Below are positions 18,600-31,774 of a stretch of DNA of 64,000 bases, piece after piece (within the stretch, counting starts at the first letter, position 1; each line of letters opens with the position of its first letter). Made by a program: the position numbers and the translations under genes. Source of the stretch: Eledone cirrhosa (taxonomy: Eukaryota); assembly GCA_964016885.1 (NCBI GenBank), contig OZ024740.1, positions 339,946,001 through 340,010,000 of the forward strand, written 5' to 3'. Below the pieces are notes generated by a model that worked only from the letters and a program-made list of their open reading frames with translations, was not told the origin of the DNA and searched no databases.

Positions 18600-20400
18600 A
18601 GCACTCGACTCCTTTGTCGATATTTGCCGGCATACTGTGAACCACTTCCGTTTCCACCAGCATTCTCATCACTCTAACATTACGCGGGCTGAGCTCTCCG
18701 TTCTTTGCAGCCTATGGCATCACGATGACATTGTCATCAAACCCGCTGACAAAGGTGGCACTGTGATAGTTTGGAGCGTTGACCTCTATAAGGCTGAGAC
18801 CCTCCACCAGCTTCATGATACCCTTTTTTACTGCCCTTTATCATCTGACCCCTCCTGGCTACCAACAACTCGTGTCCTCCACCATCCACCAGTTCATCTC
18901 CTCCTTTTTCCTACCCCCCACAGCTACCAACCTTATTGTACACACCCCTCGTACACCCACCATCTACTTCCTCCCCAAAATATACAAACAAAATAATCCC
19001 GACCGTCCTATTGTTTCCGCATGCAACTGCCCCACTGAGATCATTTCCGAATATTTAGATACCATCCTCATGCCCTTAGACTCTTCAACCCATTTCTCCT
19101 TCCCTCCTAGCCCCTCTTGGCTTCTCTTTACCGCAGACATCACCTCTCTCTATACCCTCATCCCTCATGATGATAGCCTCCACACTCTGACAATTTTTAG
19201 ATTCACGCCCTACCTCTTACCCCAGCACAACCACTCTTCTCCATCTAGCTGAGCTTGTTCTGACCCTCAATGGCTTTTCCTTTTCAGGTGAATTCTATCA
19301 ACAGGTCTCTGGGGTAGCAATGGGAAACAGAATGGGACCAAACTATGCCAACTTGTTTGTTGACTATGTCGGAGCCCAGATCTTCTCCCAGTATGCTGGA
19401 CCTACTCCTGAGCTATACGGTCATTATATCGATGACTATATCGGCGCCACCTCTCTATCACGAGAACAGCTCAACTGCTTTCTGTCTTTTGTCCAATCTT
19501 TCCATCCCACTCTCACCTTCACCGCCTCCGTCTCCAATTCTTCTGTCTCTTTTCTAGATATCTCACAATCAATCACTCTCACCATACCATCTCTACTTCC
19601 ATCTTCTATAAACCAATCGACTCCCACTCTTACCTTCACTTCACCTCCTCCCATCCAACCAATACCAAACACTCCATACCCTATTCCCAATTCCTCCATC
19701 TTCGTCGGCTCTGTAGCCAGGACAACAATTTCGAAACCCATTCCCTTCACATGGCTTCCCGCTTCATCCAGCATGAAACTGACTGTACCACAGCACCCTC
19801 CCAACACCTGTGTTCCTTTCCCTCTCACCTACCACCCCATCACCCTACCACTCCAGCGACATATCCTCCGTTCCTTCCACACCCTCTCTTCTGACCCCGT
19901 CACTTCTCGTTTTTTCAAAACCCACCCATTACTGCATTTAAGTGCGCCCGCAACCTCCGCGACCTCCTGGTACGCAGTTCCATCTTGTCCCCTCCTACGA
20001 CTCCCCCCAGTTCTCATCCTTGATCTCGTCCCTGCAGTAACACCTGTCCTTTCATTTCCACCCTCACCACTCTCACAGGCCCTAACAGATCATTCTGTAT
20101 CTGCCACTCCTTCACCTGCACATCCACCCACGTTGTCTATGCCCTTCGGTGTTCCCTTTGTGGTCCGCCATATGGTGGACCATTTTGCTGAAAATTTGAG
20201 GGACATACGACTCGGTTTGGATACTCCCGTCCCCCGTCATTTCCGTTCTCCTGGTCACTCTTCCCTACATGTCTCAGTCCTGGGTGTCCTTTTACATCGC
20301 AGATCACAACCTCGTGCACCAGGACTGAACAGAGTCTGATTTACCGCTTTGGGTCCTATTTCCCTCATAGACTCAACTCACCTCCCCAATTTCTTTAATA
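18600..20400 (+). mobile_element. decayed Penelope-like retroelement (Neptune-like RT + partial GIY-YIG region)
   Basis: Motifs across frameshifts: IKPADKGG, YFLPKIYK..RPIVSACNCPTE, ADITSLYT.IP, GVAMGNRMGPNYANLF, YIDD, FLDI, YKPIDSHSYLHFTSSHP, IPYSQFLHLRRLCS, VPRHF. Confidence 0.9.
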
Positions 20401-20691
20401 CCCCATCCATTATAACACATGCACTTGTACATTCACCCCTAGATTCCTATGGCTCTCTTATGGTCAGAAACATATTCTCTTACAACTAATACAGCTCTGT
20501 ATACACACATACACACCTTTATATTAACATACTTTTGCTCATAGCTTTGTACTTACAAGCACACACATACACTCTTTAACTTACATATACACACACATTT
20601 CTTCTTAGCTTAATATGGTTGTATAATAACACACACACACACTCACACACAGACAGACACACACATGCATACGCACACGCACAATTATAGC

Positions 20692-21291
20692 TCTTTATAC
20701 AAAACAAGTTTTTTTCCATTTCAGGTAGACTCGCTCCATTATCCACTTTTCTAAAAAAAATAAATCATACACAAAACGCCAATATCAACAGTTTTAACTT
20801 TTTTCATCTCCTAGGGCCTGCATTAGGTGAAAACCGCGTTTTTTCAGCTTTTTAGGGTTTTTTTGAGGCGTTACGTCAGACCCATTTCATTGAAATTGTA
20901 ACTATGTATTAGCCAGTCTCTCCTTCATACCGTGAGCAAAGAAAATCCAACTTTTTTATGGCCGAGAGCCCTCATTAGGTGAAAAACTTCAAATTTTCAG
21001 CTTTTTAGGGCTTTTTTGAGGCGTTACATCTAGCTGATTTTCCCGAAATTTCAAGGCATATTATGCACATAAAAAAAATTCATTTTCTTGATCCCCTAGG
21101 GCCCGCATTAGGTGAAAACCTGCATTTTTCCTGCTTCATCGTGGAAAATCTTAAAGATTATCCAGCCATCAGAGTATTCGGTTTATTTTCTTTACATATT
21201 GTCCAGGCATGCAGTTTTTCTACGATTAGGTCTGTTGATGGCCCGCGTTCCAAAATACCTTATCCCGTGCAACGCCAGGTACCACTGCTAG
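20692..21291 (+). mobile_element. non-autonomous Helitron-type element
   Basis: 3' end CCCGTGCAACGCCAGGT..CTAG|T. Internal CTAGGGCCCGCATTAGG repeats are shared with the 45774-46825 element. 5' TC boundary approximate. Confidence 0.7.
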
Positions 21292-21557
21292 TATATATAT
21301 ATATGTATATATATTATCAAAGACTCAAGGGTCTAGATTTTCGTGGTTGAAGTATTTATCAAACCTTGTAAAAACACACAATATTTATAACTTTGCTAAC
21401 CATACACACACACACATGAAATAATTCTCCCAGTTCATTTTTTTATTGAATCATACAATTTTCTTGTTGCCATGACTACATTTATGACATCATGACATTC
21501 TGGAACAAAAACAGGAACAGAGAGGAAATCCACTGAATTAAATAAAATAAGTCTTGA

Positions 21558-21690
21558 ATGGCAGCTTATTCCATTTTGCCTTATTGTGCTATTTGGAGTG
21601 TCATACTATGTGCATCTATCTGCTGGGGGAAAAAATCAGAGAACACACCAAAACCGATAACACATATATCTTCAAATACTAGTAATGCAA
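21558..21690 (+). CDS. 2xIg-TM protein A, exon 1 (signal peptide)
   Basis: MAAYSILPYCAIWSVILCASICWG-KKSE.. is signal-peptide-like. Donor GCAA|GTGAGA, phase 1, matches the acceptor at 23757. Confidence 0.7.
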
Positions 21691-21898
21691 GTGAGAAATG
21701 TTTTCCAGTTTTTTTGGTTTTTTTTTCTATCTTCTGTCTAACTATTAAAGGAATGTCTATGTAGTTAATGAGATAGATAGTTTATTACAGATGAAATTTC
21801 TTTACAGATAGACAACTGCAATCCTTGCACCAGTGGTTCCTAACCTTTCACTACCAAGGACTGCAGATGTCTAAATGAATTTTCCATTTGTGAATGTT

Positions 21899-21944
<46 letters not shown>

Positions 21945-21949
21945 AATAA

Positions 21950-22413
21950 TAAAATAATAATGAAATTATTGTGTACAGTGCTCAGGTGCACTACAACTCA
22001 TCAAAGGTGCATGTATAGTACATAGACTAATGTTCAAATGTCAGGAAAATGAACAGTGTATGAGTCATGAAATACATGTGTGCATGTGTATGGAGGGGGA
22101 CATCAGGTGCAGTGTTGGCGGATCTTGGGAAGCATGGAGGCCTTAAAGGATGCACTGTCTCAACAGCTAACGACTGATGTACGTAGTTTGTTCCATGTTT
22201 CAGCAACTCTGAGCATGAAAAAATGTTTCCGAAAGTCATGGGAACTGTGCTGTTTTCTGATTTTGTAGGCATGCCCACGTGTGTTAGACACATGGAAATC
22301 AAAAAGGTACTCAGGGTTGTTGTTGGCAAGATGGTTAATAATTTTATGGGTGTTTACCAAGTCAGTTACCAGACGTCGGAGCTTCAATGTATCCATGCCC
22401 AGGGAAGCAAGGC
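21950..22413 (-). mobile_element. CR1-type LINE 3' end
   Basis: LGMDTLKLRRLVTDL..HKII..NTRGHAYKI..RKHFFMLRVAETWNKL followed by an (ATT)n tail; second copy at 57500-57850, tail remnant at 2218-2265. Confidence 0.85.
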
Positions 22414-22859
22414 CATCATCATCATCATCATCATCATCATTGTACATTCGCTTTTCCCTGCTTGCAAGGGTGGGATGTGTCCTCTTCAGCACAGCATCTC
22501 TCCATTTGTCACAGTCCCATTATCACTATTTTATGTGTTTTCCATGCTGGCATGGTTTCTCCAACTGGATGGCCTTCTTAATGACAACCACTTTGCAGTA
22601 TAGACTGGATGCATTTCATCATGGCACTAGCAGTGCCACTTTCTAGAGAGGTCTCTGTGTGAGTTTTATGGTGGCGCTAGCACTACCATTTTACAGAGTG
22701 GATGATGTATATTTTATTGCGACACCAACACTACATCCTTACAGAGATTACTGGATGCATTTTATCATGACATCAGCATTATGTATGTGCTTATCTGTGT
22801 GTGTGCATTGACACTTATATAAAATTCATGTATTGATCTTTTTGTATTATGTATTAAGA

Positions 22860-23135
22860 AAAATACAGAAGGGTATAAGTAGAATCAGATATTGTGTGCA
22901 AGAGAAGACTGCACTGGTATGGAGATGTAATGTGTATAGTTGATGACAATTGGGTGAAAAATACCACTAGATCCAAGTTGAATGAAGCCGTACAAGAGGG
23001 AAAAAAAAGTGCAGAAGTGAAACTGGTATTAAATACTGAACTACTGAAGCTCAAAAAGGAAATGACAAAAGGAACTCAATAAGTGACATGTTGTGTTGCA
23101 AAGAGCCTAACCAACTACACAGACATGGAAAAAAA
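22860..23135 (+). mobile_element. old RTE LINE 3' remnant
   Basis: KRRLHWYGDVMCIVDDNWVK matches RRLRWYGHVMRMKDDSCIKK of the 43993-45578 element. Confidence 0.65.
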
Positions 23136-23756
23136 AAGATTTTAATAAAAATGTGTGTGTGTGTGTGTGCGTTTGTGTGCTTGTGTGTGTGTTTGTGTAT
23201 GTGTTTATCTGTGTATATGTGTGTATGTGTGTTTGTGTGACTAGAACCACTGGTACCTAGCTAGATGTGCTGTTTCTATTGTCTTATGTTTATAATGGCT
23301 TCTACTCTTCACAAATAGCACACTGCTTATAAATTTTATCCAAACCAATTCAATATACACATTTTCATTATCCCTACTATACCTCATCTTTCCCTAAACT
23401 GAAGCTCTTCAGAATTTCTTCTCTATAGACATCAACCTATAAATGTTAACAACATCTACACTACTCTAACCAATGTGAGGCCTACAATGGTAATAGGCAC
23501 TCAGTAGTGTACCCAGAGGGTGAAGAGAGTACAGCCTACCCAGGACACCATTTTTTGTGGGTAGCACCTTTGATCTACTGCATTGAAAAAGAAAGTTGTT
23601 GGCCATGAAAGGGGTGAGGGGATGCAGAAGACAGAAGAGCTGTTCCCGGTGACACAAACTCTAGATATGCCAGTGTAGGCACTACTTCAAATCCTCTGAG
23701 TATTTAAATTATTTTTTTCCTTTAATCTGAGCTAACTTCTACTTCTATTGTTCCAG

Positions 23757-24562
23757 GAAATGTCAACTCAAGAAACTACTCCACAACTGTTGAGTTTCCT
23801 AAATCACTCAGTCGAAAAATTCTTCATTCCTTAGCTGTGTCCATAAACAATGCCAAAGTGAATGAAAGCCAGGCAGCATTATTACGTTGTAACAACAAGT
23901 TAAGCCGGCTTATTTTGAAGCTATTCCCTGATGCTAAGTTCCAGTGGATACACAAAAGCAAATATGTGCGATTTAATAGTTTGAAATACAGCATAAAGAA
24001 GGGAGACTTGTTAATAAAGCATTTCAAATCTTTAGCTGATAGTGGAGTATATATCTGCCAAATGGTTTATAAACAAAAATGGAAGATCACTTTGAAGATT
24101 TACTCACTAACAGTAGCAGGTTCATCCCCAAATGATTTTCCACAGCTGCACTTTGTTTCTGGATCCACAGTTAAAATCAATTGTAACAGCGATCTACTTG
24201 GGGATTTGTATGTTGGATCAACAAAGCAATGGACTATAAATGGGAAAGTTTTGAAGCATGTGGATGACACTCAAACCAAACATGAAATATTAGATACTGT
24301 ACATTCTGTTAGTGAAAACCAGTCTGGAATTTGGATTTGCGTGGTCATTAAAAAATATAATAAAAAAAAATTCTGGATTACTAATAAACTAAATGTAGTT
24401 ATTGATCCCCCAAGGAACTATTGGCAGACAGTGATGACATCCCATTATTTTCCACTTTCCATGACAAATCTTATAGGAGTAATGTTTACATTTGTAGCTT
24501 TAATAACCTGCTTGTTTATAGTTTGTGTGAACCAAATAATTGTATATAAGAGAACAAAATAA
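23757..24562 (+). CDS. 2xIg-TM protein A, exon 2 (two Ig-like domains, TM, short tail); 312 aa when spliced
   Basis: Branch-like GCTAAC plus ttctattgttccAG acceptor, phase 1, open to TAA at 24562. Ig1: LLRC..FQW..LLIK..DSGVYICQM. Ig2: VKINC..KQW..NG..QSGIWICVV. TM LIGVMFTFVALITCLFIVCV. AATAAA at ~24666. Confidence 0.9.
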
Positions 24563-25381
24563 ATCTTAAATTTTTAACATTTCTCCCTAAAATAACTTCC
24601 ATTTGTCTCGTTCCAAACTTCAATGACTCCTTGCACTAATATTCATATAATGAATAGAAGTCTAAAATAAAAATATAGACATTTTTGCTAAGAAAATACA
24701 AAGAAAAAATAACAAACTGATAATCAAGAATTTTTGCGGTTATTTTTTTCTTTAGTAATATATAATCAAAGAGGAAACGACAATGCCCATGGCCCTTTTC
24801 AGTGACCCTAAGGCTGGTGGAAGGAAGGAAAGAATGTATCCTTGAACTAGAGACTTTGTCCAAAAACTTGAAAAAGAGTAGGCTCTGCTAAAGGCGCCCA
24901 AAATTCAGGTGGTGGGTTAAACCAGAAGACAGATTAAGTCTACCATACAAGTAGGCCATAGCAGGAATTCAAATTAGAATGCAAAGAGCTGGAACAAACA
25001 CTACAAGGCTTCTTGCCTGATGCTTTAACAATTCTTCCACTCTGCCAACTTTGACAGGTATTTCATTTTATCGACTCTGAAAAGGTTGAAAGACAAAGTT
25101 GACCTTTGTGGGATTTGAACTCAGAGCACAGAGAGCCAGAACAAATATCTTGAGGTGTTTTGTCCTACACTCTAACAACTTTACCACCAATTCATTGATG
25201 GATAAATAGTTTCATTTAGGTGGGGGATGATCTAAAATAATTGTTAACTTCTGAAAGTTTTATCTATGGTCAATATAATCCAAGATGGCCAACTGAATAC
25301 ACACGTTTGTTTTTTTTTTCATTTTCCCAATTCTTCCTCTCTTCACTCTTTACTTTCTATTTATCTTCTATTTCTAACTCT

Positions 25382-25419
25382 GTCTTCTGATGAAGGACTA
25401 GTGTCCAAAACGTTAAGAC
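25382..25419 (+). ncRNA. minimal type I hammerhead-like motif (probably inactivated) in a Penelope-like 3' UTR fragment
   Basis: gtctt-CTGATGA-a-ggac(tagt)gtcc-AAAA-cg-TT-aagac: stems I and II intact, palindromic ACGT stem III, GAAA changed to AAAA. Homologous copy at 53365-53402. Confidence 0.6.
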
Positions 25420-25589
25420 TCTCTTCCTGTTATAAGTGTTAAACTAATATATTTCTTCCATGTACTGTGCTGTTTGTTTTGTTAATTGTGTTATTACTTT
25501 TAAATACATAATCTAAAGATGTTGACTTGTTTATCACAGTCTGGAAATGTTGCCTAGATATATTGTCCATGTTGCCTACTATATATAAC

Positions 25590-25783
25590 TAAGTGCTCCC
25601 CGGGCAAAGGATTGCACACTTTTTCGGGGGTGTGTGCAACCCCCATCACGTCCCCTCCCTTTTGAGGTTATTTTCGATTATTTTCATGTTACACCCTTTT
25701 TACTCGATTATATGTAAACTCCCCCTTTGTATTTGTCCCTTCTTTTTATGCCTTTATGGTAAATAAAGAAATCTATCTATCTA
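25590..25783 (+). mobile_element. 3' end of an older Tx1-family copy directly upstream of the full-length element
   Basis: Homologous to 31355-31545 (TTTTTCGGGG.TGTG.CAACCCC; ATGTAAACTCCCC.TTTGTATTTGTCCC; AATAAAGAAAT.TATCTATCT). Confidence 0.85.
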
Positions 25784-26031
25784 ACCCTTACAAATATCAT
25801 CTTAGATCTATCTATCTATCTATCTGGGATGGACACACGCGTGAAACTTGCTGGGTAAGTTCTGCCTAAATTTCTATAGAAATTCCTAACTGTAAACCTT
25901 CATTTTTATACCAATTTGTAGAGGGACTGCCAGGTCAAATTTTGATCTGGTCAGTCTCTCAGAATATTGTACGTCTTTAAGCGAATAGTTCACAAAAAGT
26001 TTTTTTTGGAAAAGCTAACATTTTTTTTTAA

Positions 26032-27898
26032 ATGGCTGAAGCTTCTTCACCAACATTCGAAGGAGGAAAGAGAAAGATATACATACAGCTTCCCCCTGCG
26101 ACTGTCATAGTAGCAGATGTCAAAGACAAAGGTCAGCCAGAGGAAGGATTTTCTCCACCTGCTGACCGACAACTTGACGTTGCCATGGCAACAAACCAAA
26201 AGTGTGAAACAATGAACAAAAACAACACAACCAGCGGCACCAGCAACAACAACAACAATAATGCTACGAACGAAAACAACACCAACAACAATAACAATAA
26301 CAACAACAAGACCAATAACTGCAACAAGGAAGTAAACGACAAAATATCGTTTGCGCAAATCGTAAAGAAAACAGTAAGCTACACTCCGGTAGATATTTCA
26401 AATGCAAATGAGCTTTTGAATAACGCCAGACATTACATAACTTTTGGGGAGAACGGATCATTCTCCATAAACTCTCCCCCAGATTTGCGAAGAGAAGCTG
26501 CTTTGAACACTGTGGTTTTCAGGACAGTCTCAAATAAAACCCGAAAAACGACTCAACTTTCACAAGGCGAAATTGAGTTGGTTTTAGAAGATACCTTAAA
26601 AGATATTGCTTTCATTCAGACGGGTAGACTCTACGGGAGTTTAGCCATTCTGATGAAAGACCAACTGACGGCACAGAAATGCTCTGTGTCGCCAATTGTG
26701 TCACCGTTGTTCACCTTTTTCCCCACTTACATGGGGAAAAGAACACAGAAAATAAAAATAAAAGTATCACACCAAATATTGATATTTGGTGGGTACTATG
26801 TGGATTTTTAAACCTCGAAAAAGACACAATAATATCGGTAGGTAAGTCCTCCAGCGACCTGTTCAGCGGAATTAGCCTGGAAGTTCTGGACCAAATGACA
26901 CCAGAACAAATAGCTAGGATCCCGGAACGTGTGCTGCTGGATGGACTTATATACATAAACATTTCGGTCGAGGGTAGGCGACCCTCATGTTACCACTGCC
27001 TAAGCAGGGGTCACCTGAGAGCTTCTTGTCCTCGGCTAACTAGCCAAAAAAAGGCATTACTGCCAACACCTGCAACACCAGCACAACAATCACCACCACC
27101 ACAACAACAACAACAACAACAACAACATAAAAAATAGTGACAACAAAACAAACAACAAACACAGTCCCACCCAACCCCTCCCCACCTAAAATAACTCCAG
27201 AAACACCCACACACATAACAGCGCCCCAAAATGTACCCCTCCCCAATAAGACGGATGAGGGAGAGCCTTTCAGACCAGTAAAAAGAAAAAAGAAAAGACA
27301 TAACACAAACAAAAATGCAACAAACACACAAACACCAACACAAGCGACGCAAACAGTACAAACAAAAATACCCCCTCCTGAAAACAAAACACCTACTACA
27401 AAACGTAAACACACACAAGAACCACAGAAAAAAAGCAACACAACACAACAAAAATGTTACACCTACATAAATACTAACAATAAAACTTTAACAGACATCA
27501 TATATAAAAACCCTTCGGTGGAGACCGAAGGGAAATCTTTTACACACACTCCGGAGAATCCTAATCTTAAAAGGATTAGGATCTCCATGGACACACATAA
27601 ACAGTTAAAAGAAAAATTTCCTAACGACGTAGGTAACCCCTGCGTCAAACCCTATAACCGCGTTCTTTTGAAATGTTTCCCCACCCCCACCCAAGACACC
27701 CCCATCCCAGACACCCCCACCCCACCTGACACCCCCTCCCCACCAAACATTTCCGTCCCCACCCCACCAGAGACCACCACCAAACAACCCCTCCAACACC
27801 CCCATGGAAATTGTGCAGCCTGGTTCCCAGGAGACGAAGAGGTGAGTGATTTCTTTTCCTCCTCTTTTAACTTTTCAGCACCAACATGGCCAATATAA
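26032..27898 (+). pseudogene. Tx1 ORF1 (gag-like) with a frameshift and a stop
   Basis: SFAQIV, VEGRRPSCYHCLSRGHLRASCP zinc knuckle, poly-N and poly-Q tracts, Pro/Thr-rich C-terminus. Frameshift at ~26760 and TAG at 27135-27137. Confidence 0.8.
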
Positions 27899-30800
27899 GA
27901 GTTGGATGTGTGAATGTACGCGGCCCGGGGATGCCCTGGAAACAGGGCAAACTCTTAAACGAACTCAGGTCGCACAGTATGGATGTAGTAGCCATTTGCG
28001 AGTCCAGGATCCACAGCGAGCGACAACTGGCCCCCATCTTCGACGACTTTGAGATCTACACATCTCTCTGTCAGCCGGGAGGTGGGGGTGGGATTGTCGT
28101 TTTGCTGCGGAAACACCTGGACCTCGTAACACAGACGGTACATGTGGACCCGGAGGGTCGACTGGTGGTCCTAGACGTTGACGGTAGTGAAGGTGGAGCC
28201 TTCAGGCTGGTGGCCCCATATGCCCCATCCGGGACACCGTGGCAAGAGTTCTTCAAACATCGAGAGACTTTTCTGGGAACGTCCCGCTCCCTGCTGTTAG
28301 TGGGGGACTGGAATGGAATCCTAGATGCACGTTGGGACTATGTGGGAGCATGTCCCGATAGTGGGGGGGGGGTAACAGCCTCAAACAATTAATCAGCCGA
28401 TTTGACCTGGCCGATTTGAATCAGCCGATTTGACCTAGATATCGACTAGATTTTCCGACTGTGCCACTGTGGACGTGGACTAATCGCAGCAGAACATCTA
28501 GATCGTACCTAGATAGGGTTCTAGTTAGAAAGAAGGATAGAGACATGTTAAGCTGTCCACAAATGTTCATGGTTGCCTATTCAGATCACAAATTAGTGAC
28601 CTGCTTAGTCAACCTTGACAAAACCCATAGACAGGGACCCGGCTACTGGAAGCTGAACTTGTCGTTACTGACATGCAAAGCCTACAGTAGACGGATTAGC
28701 ACTTTAGTTAAGCAGCACTTGACGGGGGCCATTGTCAACAACAGATGGTGGTACTCTCTCAAGAGGGCAGTTAGATTAGACTCGATAGATTTTAGTAAAG
28801 AATTAGTGTTAGATAGAAATAAGACCGAAAAGGAACTGGTAGATAAAGTAGAAGAGGCACTTAGGAGTGGCAACGTAACCAGCGTGGTAGCGACGAGAAC
28901 GGCCTTGGACCAGTTCTTCGACGCAAAGCATGAAGGCTGCGTTGTCAGAAGCAAAATACGTGCTCTGGGTAACGAGGGAGCCAAAGCTGTTAGCTGGGCC
29001 CGAGTGACGGAGGCGAAAAGTGGCAACAAGTCCACGATTCGGTCTTTGAAGGGCAAGGCGTGATACATGAGCCGAAGCAGATGTGCGCGGCCTTTCAGCG
29101 GCACTTTGCTCAACTGTTCGGGCAGGGCGGCGCGCCGGGAGGGGCTATGGATTTCGGTCCATACCTCAACGGCCTACCGCGACTCTCGGACAGCGAGGCA
29201 AAGTTCTGCGAAAGGCCGATTTTGGCCACTGAGATAGGGGACGCGCTGAGCCAATGTGGCAAACGCAAATCTCCAGGTCTCGACGGTCTACCCTACGAAT
29301 CTTACGTAGCAATGCCGGACTTGTTCTCCAGTCTCCTGGAAGCAGTCTACTGCAACTGGCAGCAGAACAGGAGAATTCCCAGTTCTGTGACCAAGGGTGT
29401 AGTCACGTTAGTCAGGAAGGACGAGAATAAAGGGGATGACATAGGCAACTTCTGGCCCATAACTCTGCTCAACACAGTTACAGATTTTGGCCAAGGTGTT
29501 GGCAAAGAGGTTGGCGCTTGTCGTCGAAAACCTGGTGGGAGAAGTGCAGACATGCGCAATCCCGACCAGGTCCATACACGATAACCTCCACCTCATGCGA
29601 TACATCATAGAGAGGGTAGAGTGTAAACCCGGCTTCGGAGGGGGCCTGATCAACTTGGATCAGTCTAAGGCTTTCGATAGGGTTGACCATTGTTACTTGG
29701 ATGTGGTGCTCGAGGCGGCAGGCTTCGGACCCGTGTTCAGGGGCTGGATTGCTGCAATGCACAACAACAACATCTGCTCAAGTGTCAAGGTGAACAGCTA
29801 CCTCTCGGAGCCATTCCATATCACGCGATCCATCCAACAGGGATGCCCTCTCTCTTCCCTTCTGTACGTACTGACTCTCAAGCCACTACTGCAGAAGTTG
29901 GAGCTATTGCAGGGCATCCCTTTGGAACTGGGACTGCGAAAAGCGACGTGACAGTAATGGTGTCGAGCACCATGTAAATCAGGGAGGTTGGCACCTTACT
30001 GGAGGAATACGAAAGGTTCACAGGAGCGAAGCTGAACCGGGACAAATCCATCAGTTTGCAACTCGGATCGTGGAGATGCAAACCGATGCCTTCCGATGGC
30101 GTCGTCGGATGCTGGACGGAAGGACCGGTAAAGCTGCTTGGGATCTGGTTTGGTCCGGACCTCCAGGTGGAGAAGAACTGGAATGAGGTGACGGCCAAGG
30201 TGTTTGCGCTCACCCAGAAGTGGGCCAAGTGCAAACTATCCTTGAAAGGTCGAGCGAAGGTGGCGAACACTTTTATAGCGTCCGTCATCTACTACCGCTT
30301 GACCGTCGTGCCTTGTCCAGCCAAAACGCTCACCAAAATGGAGCGCGCGCTCTTCCAATTCCTTTGGAAGAAACGGGCTCCTTTGGTGAGAAGATCCATC
30401 TGCTGCCAACACCCTTCAAACGGGAGGCTGAGATGCCGTGGCTGACGATGTGCAAACACGCGCTCAGGCTGCGGCACCTCCACGTATTCCTTACCAGACA
30501 ACCGGTGTGGGCCCCGTTCGTGCGGCGAGCCTTCCCACGACTCGTCTCACTGACCGAGCTGCAGTCCTGGGTCAAGCAAAGACCGAGGAAAATGGGCGAC
30601 TGGCACATCGAATGTGCTCAGGTGCTCACAGTCCTCTGGCAAATGGACCCGGCGATCAGTGGAGACTCCACTTCGACATTCTATAGAGGGTTGGTCCACA
30701 GCAAGTGCGACGACATGCTCAGAGAAACTCTAGGCATAGAGGAGGACGAACTGGCCAGTCTGTTCGGTAGGACCTTCCGCCCGGGACCAATGAACAACTT

Positions 30801-31312
30801 CCAAAAGTCCCTGGCCTGGCAGTCCTACCGAGGAGCTCTACCAGTTCGAGACAAGCTCTACAGACACGGGCGCCCGGGTAGGGACCCTTCGAAAAAGATC
30901 TGTCCAAGATGCGTGCGCGACGAGGAAACCGTCGCGCACGCACTGCCCGGGCGTCACCGACCTGTGGGGCTATGTAGAACGACTATTGTCGCAGGTGGAA
31001 CCAATCCAGTCGACCACCGAGTCTATTGTCATGATCAAACCATCACCCTCCTTCAAAAACGAGGGAGAGGCGGTTTTCCTATGTGTTATGGCTATGGTGA
31101 AAGAGGTTATATGGTGGACGAGGTTAAAAGGGCTGAGGTCAGACACCTTTCTCTCCGGCGAGCAACTGATTCGTTTTTTCAAATATCATTTTGGAAGGAG
31201 AATCAGGATGGAGAGAGAGGTGCTGTACCCCAGCAAATTTTATAAAAGGTGGGTGAATGTGGCAAAGATGGCCCGAGTGGTTGGGCCTTCTCTATATAAG
31301 CCTGTAGGTTGA
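27886..31312 (+). pseudogene. Tx1 ORF2 (AP endonuclease + reverse transcriptase), multiply disrupted
   Basis: CVNVRG, EGRLVVLD, YAP, VGDWN, SYLDRVLV, SDHKLV, GPGYWKLN, KSPGLDGLPYE, PITLLN, LDQSKAFDRVDH, QGCPLS, CPRC..ETVAH. The YADD motif is truncated to ..DVTV at ~29945. Confidence 0.9.
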
Positions 31313-31774
31313 GGAAAAAGAGGAAGAGAGGAAGGGAGTACTCACTCTTGATGCTCCTGGAGATGAGGGTTGTACATTTTTTCGGGGTGTGTACAACCCC
31401 TGTATAACGCCTCCCCCTATTGGGGATTTCAATTGTTATTTATTTTATTAATAGTTTTATTTTCATATACCTGTATGTAAACTCCCCATTTGTATTTGTC
31501 CCCTTCTTTTGTGCCCTTGTGGCTAATAAAGAAATTTATCTATCTAACCCTTACAAATATCTGATTTTAGATCTCTGTAGTTCTTGCCTCCCCCCCCCCC
31601 ACTCTTTCCCAAAGCCACACCCTCCCTGTGTTTGTGACAACAATTGAACTCCTCTGTATGACACACTTGATAATATGCTACATGTTTAATAGTGTGTCAC
31701 AATCTATGTTGGTAGGCCATGTGTGTAATTGTGTATCACAAATGATGAGTCACACACACACACACACATGGTGA

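Larger units (their letters stand above)
25826..31545 (+). mobile_element. near full-length, decayed non-LTR retrotransposon of the L1/Tx1 clade
   Basis: ORF1 with a CCHC knuckle, overlapping ORF2 with APE + RT + C-terminal Cys motif, 3' UTR with AATAAA and (TATC)n tail. Confidence 0.92.

Noticed and set aside
25590-31575. LTR retrotransposon suggested by the direct repeats at both ends
   Set aside because: APE-RT ORF2, no integrase, protease, PBS or TG..CA ends, and the repeats are clearly diverged 3' UTRs
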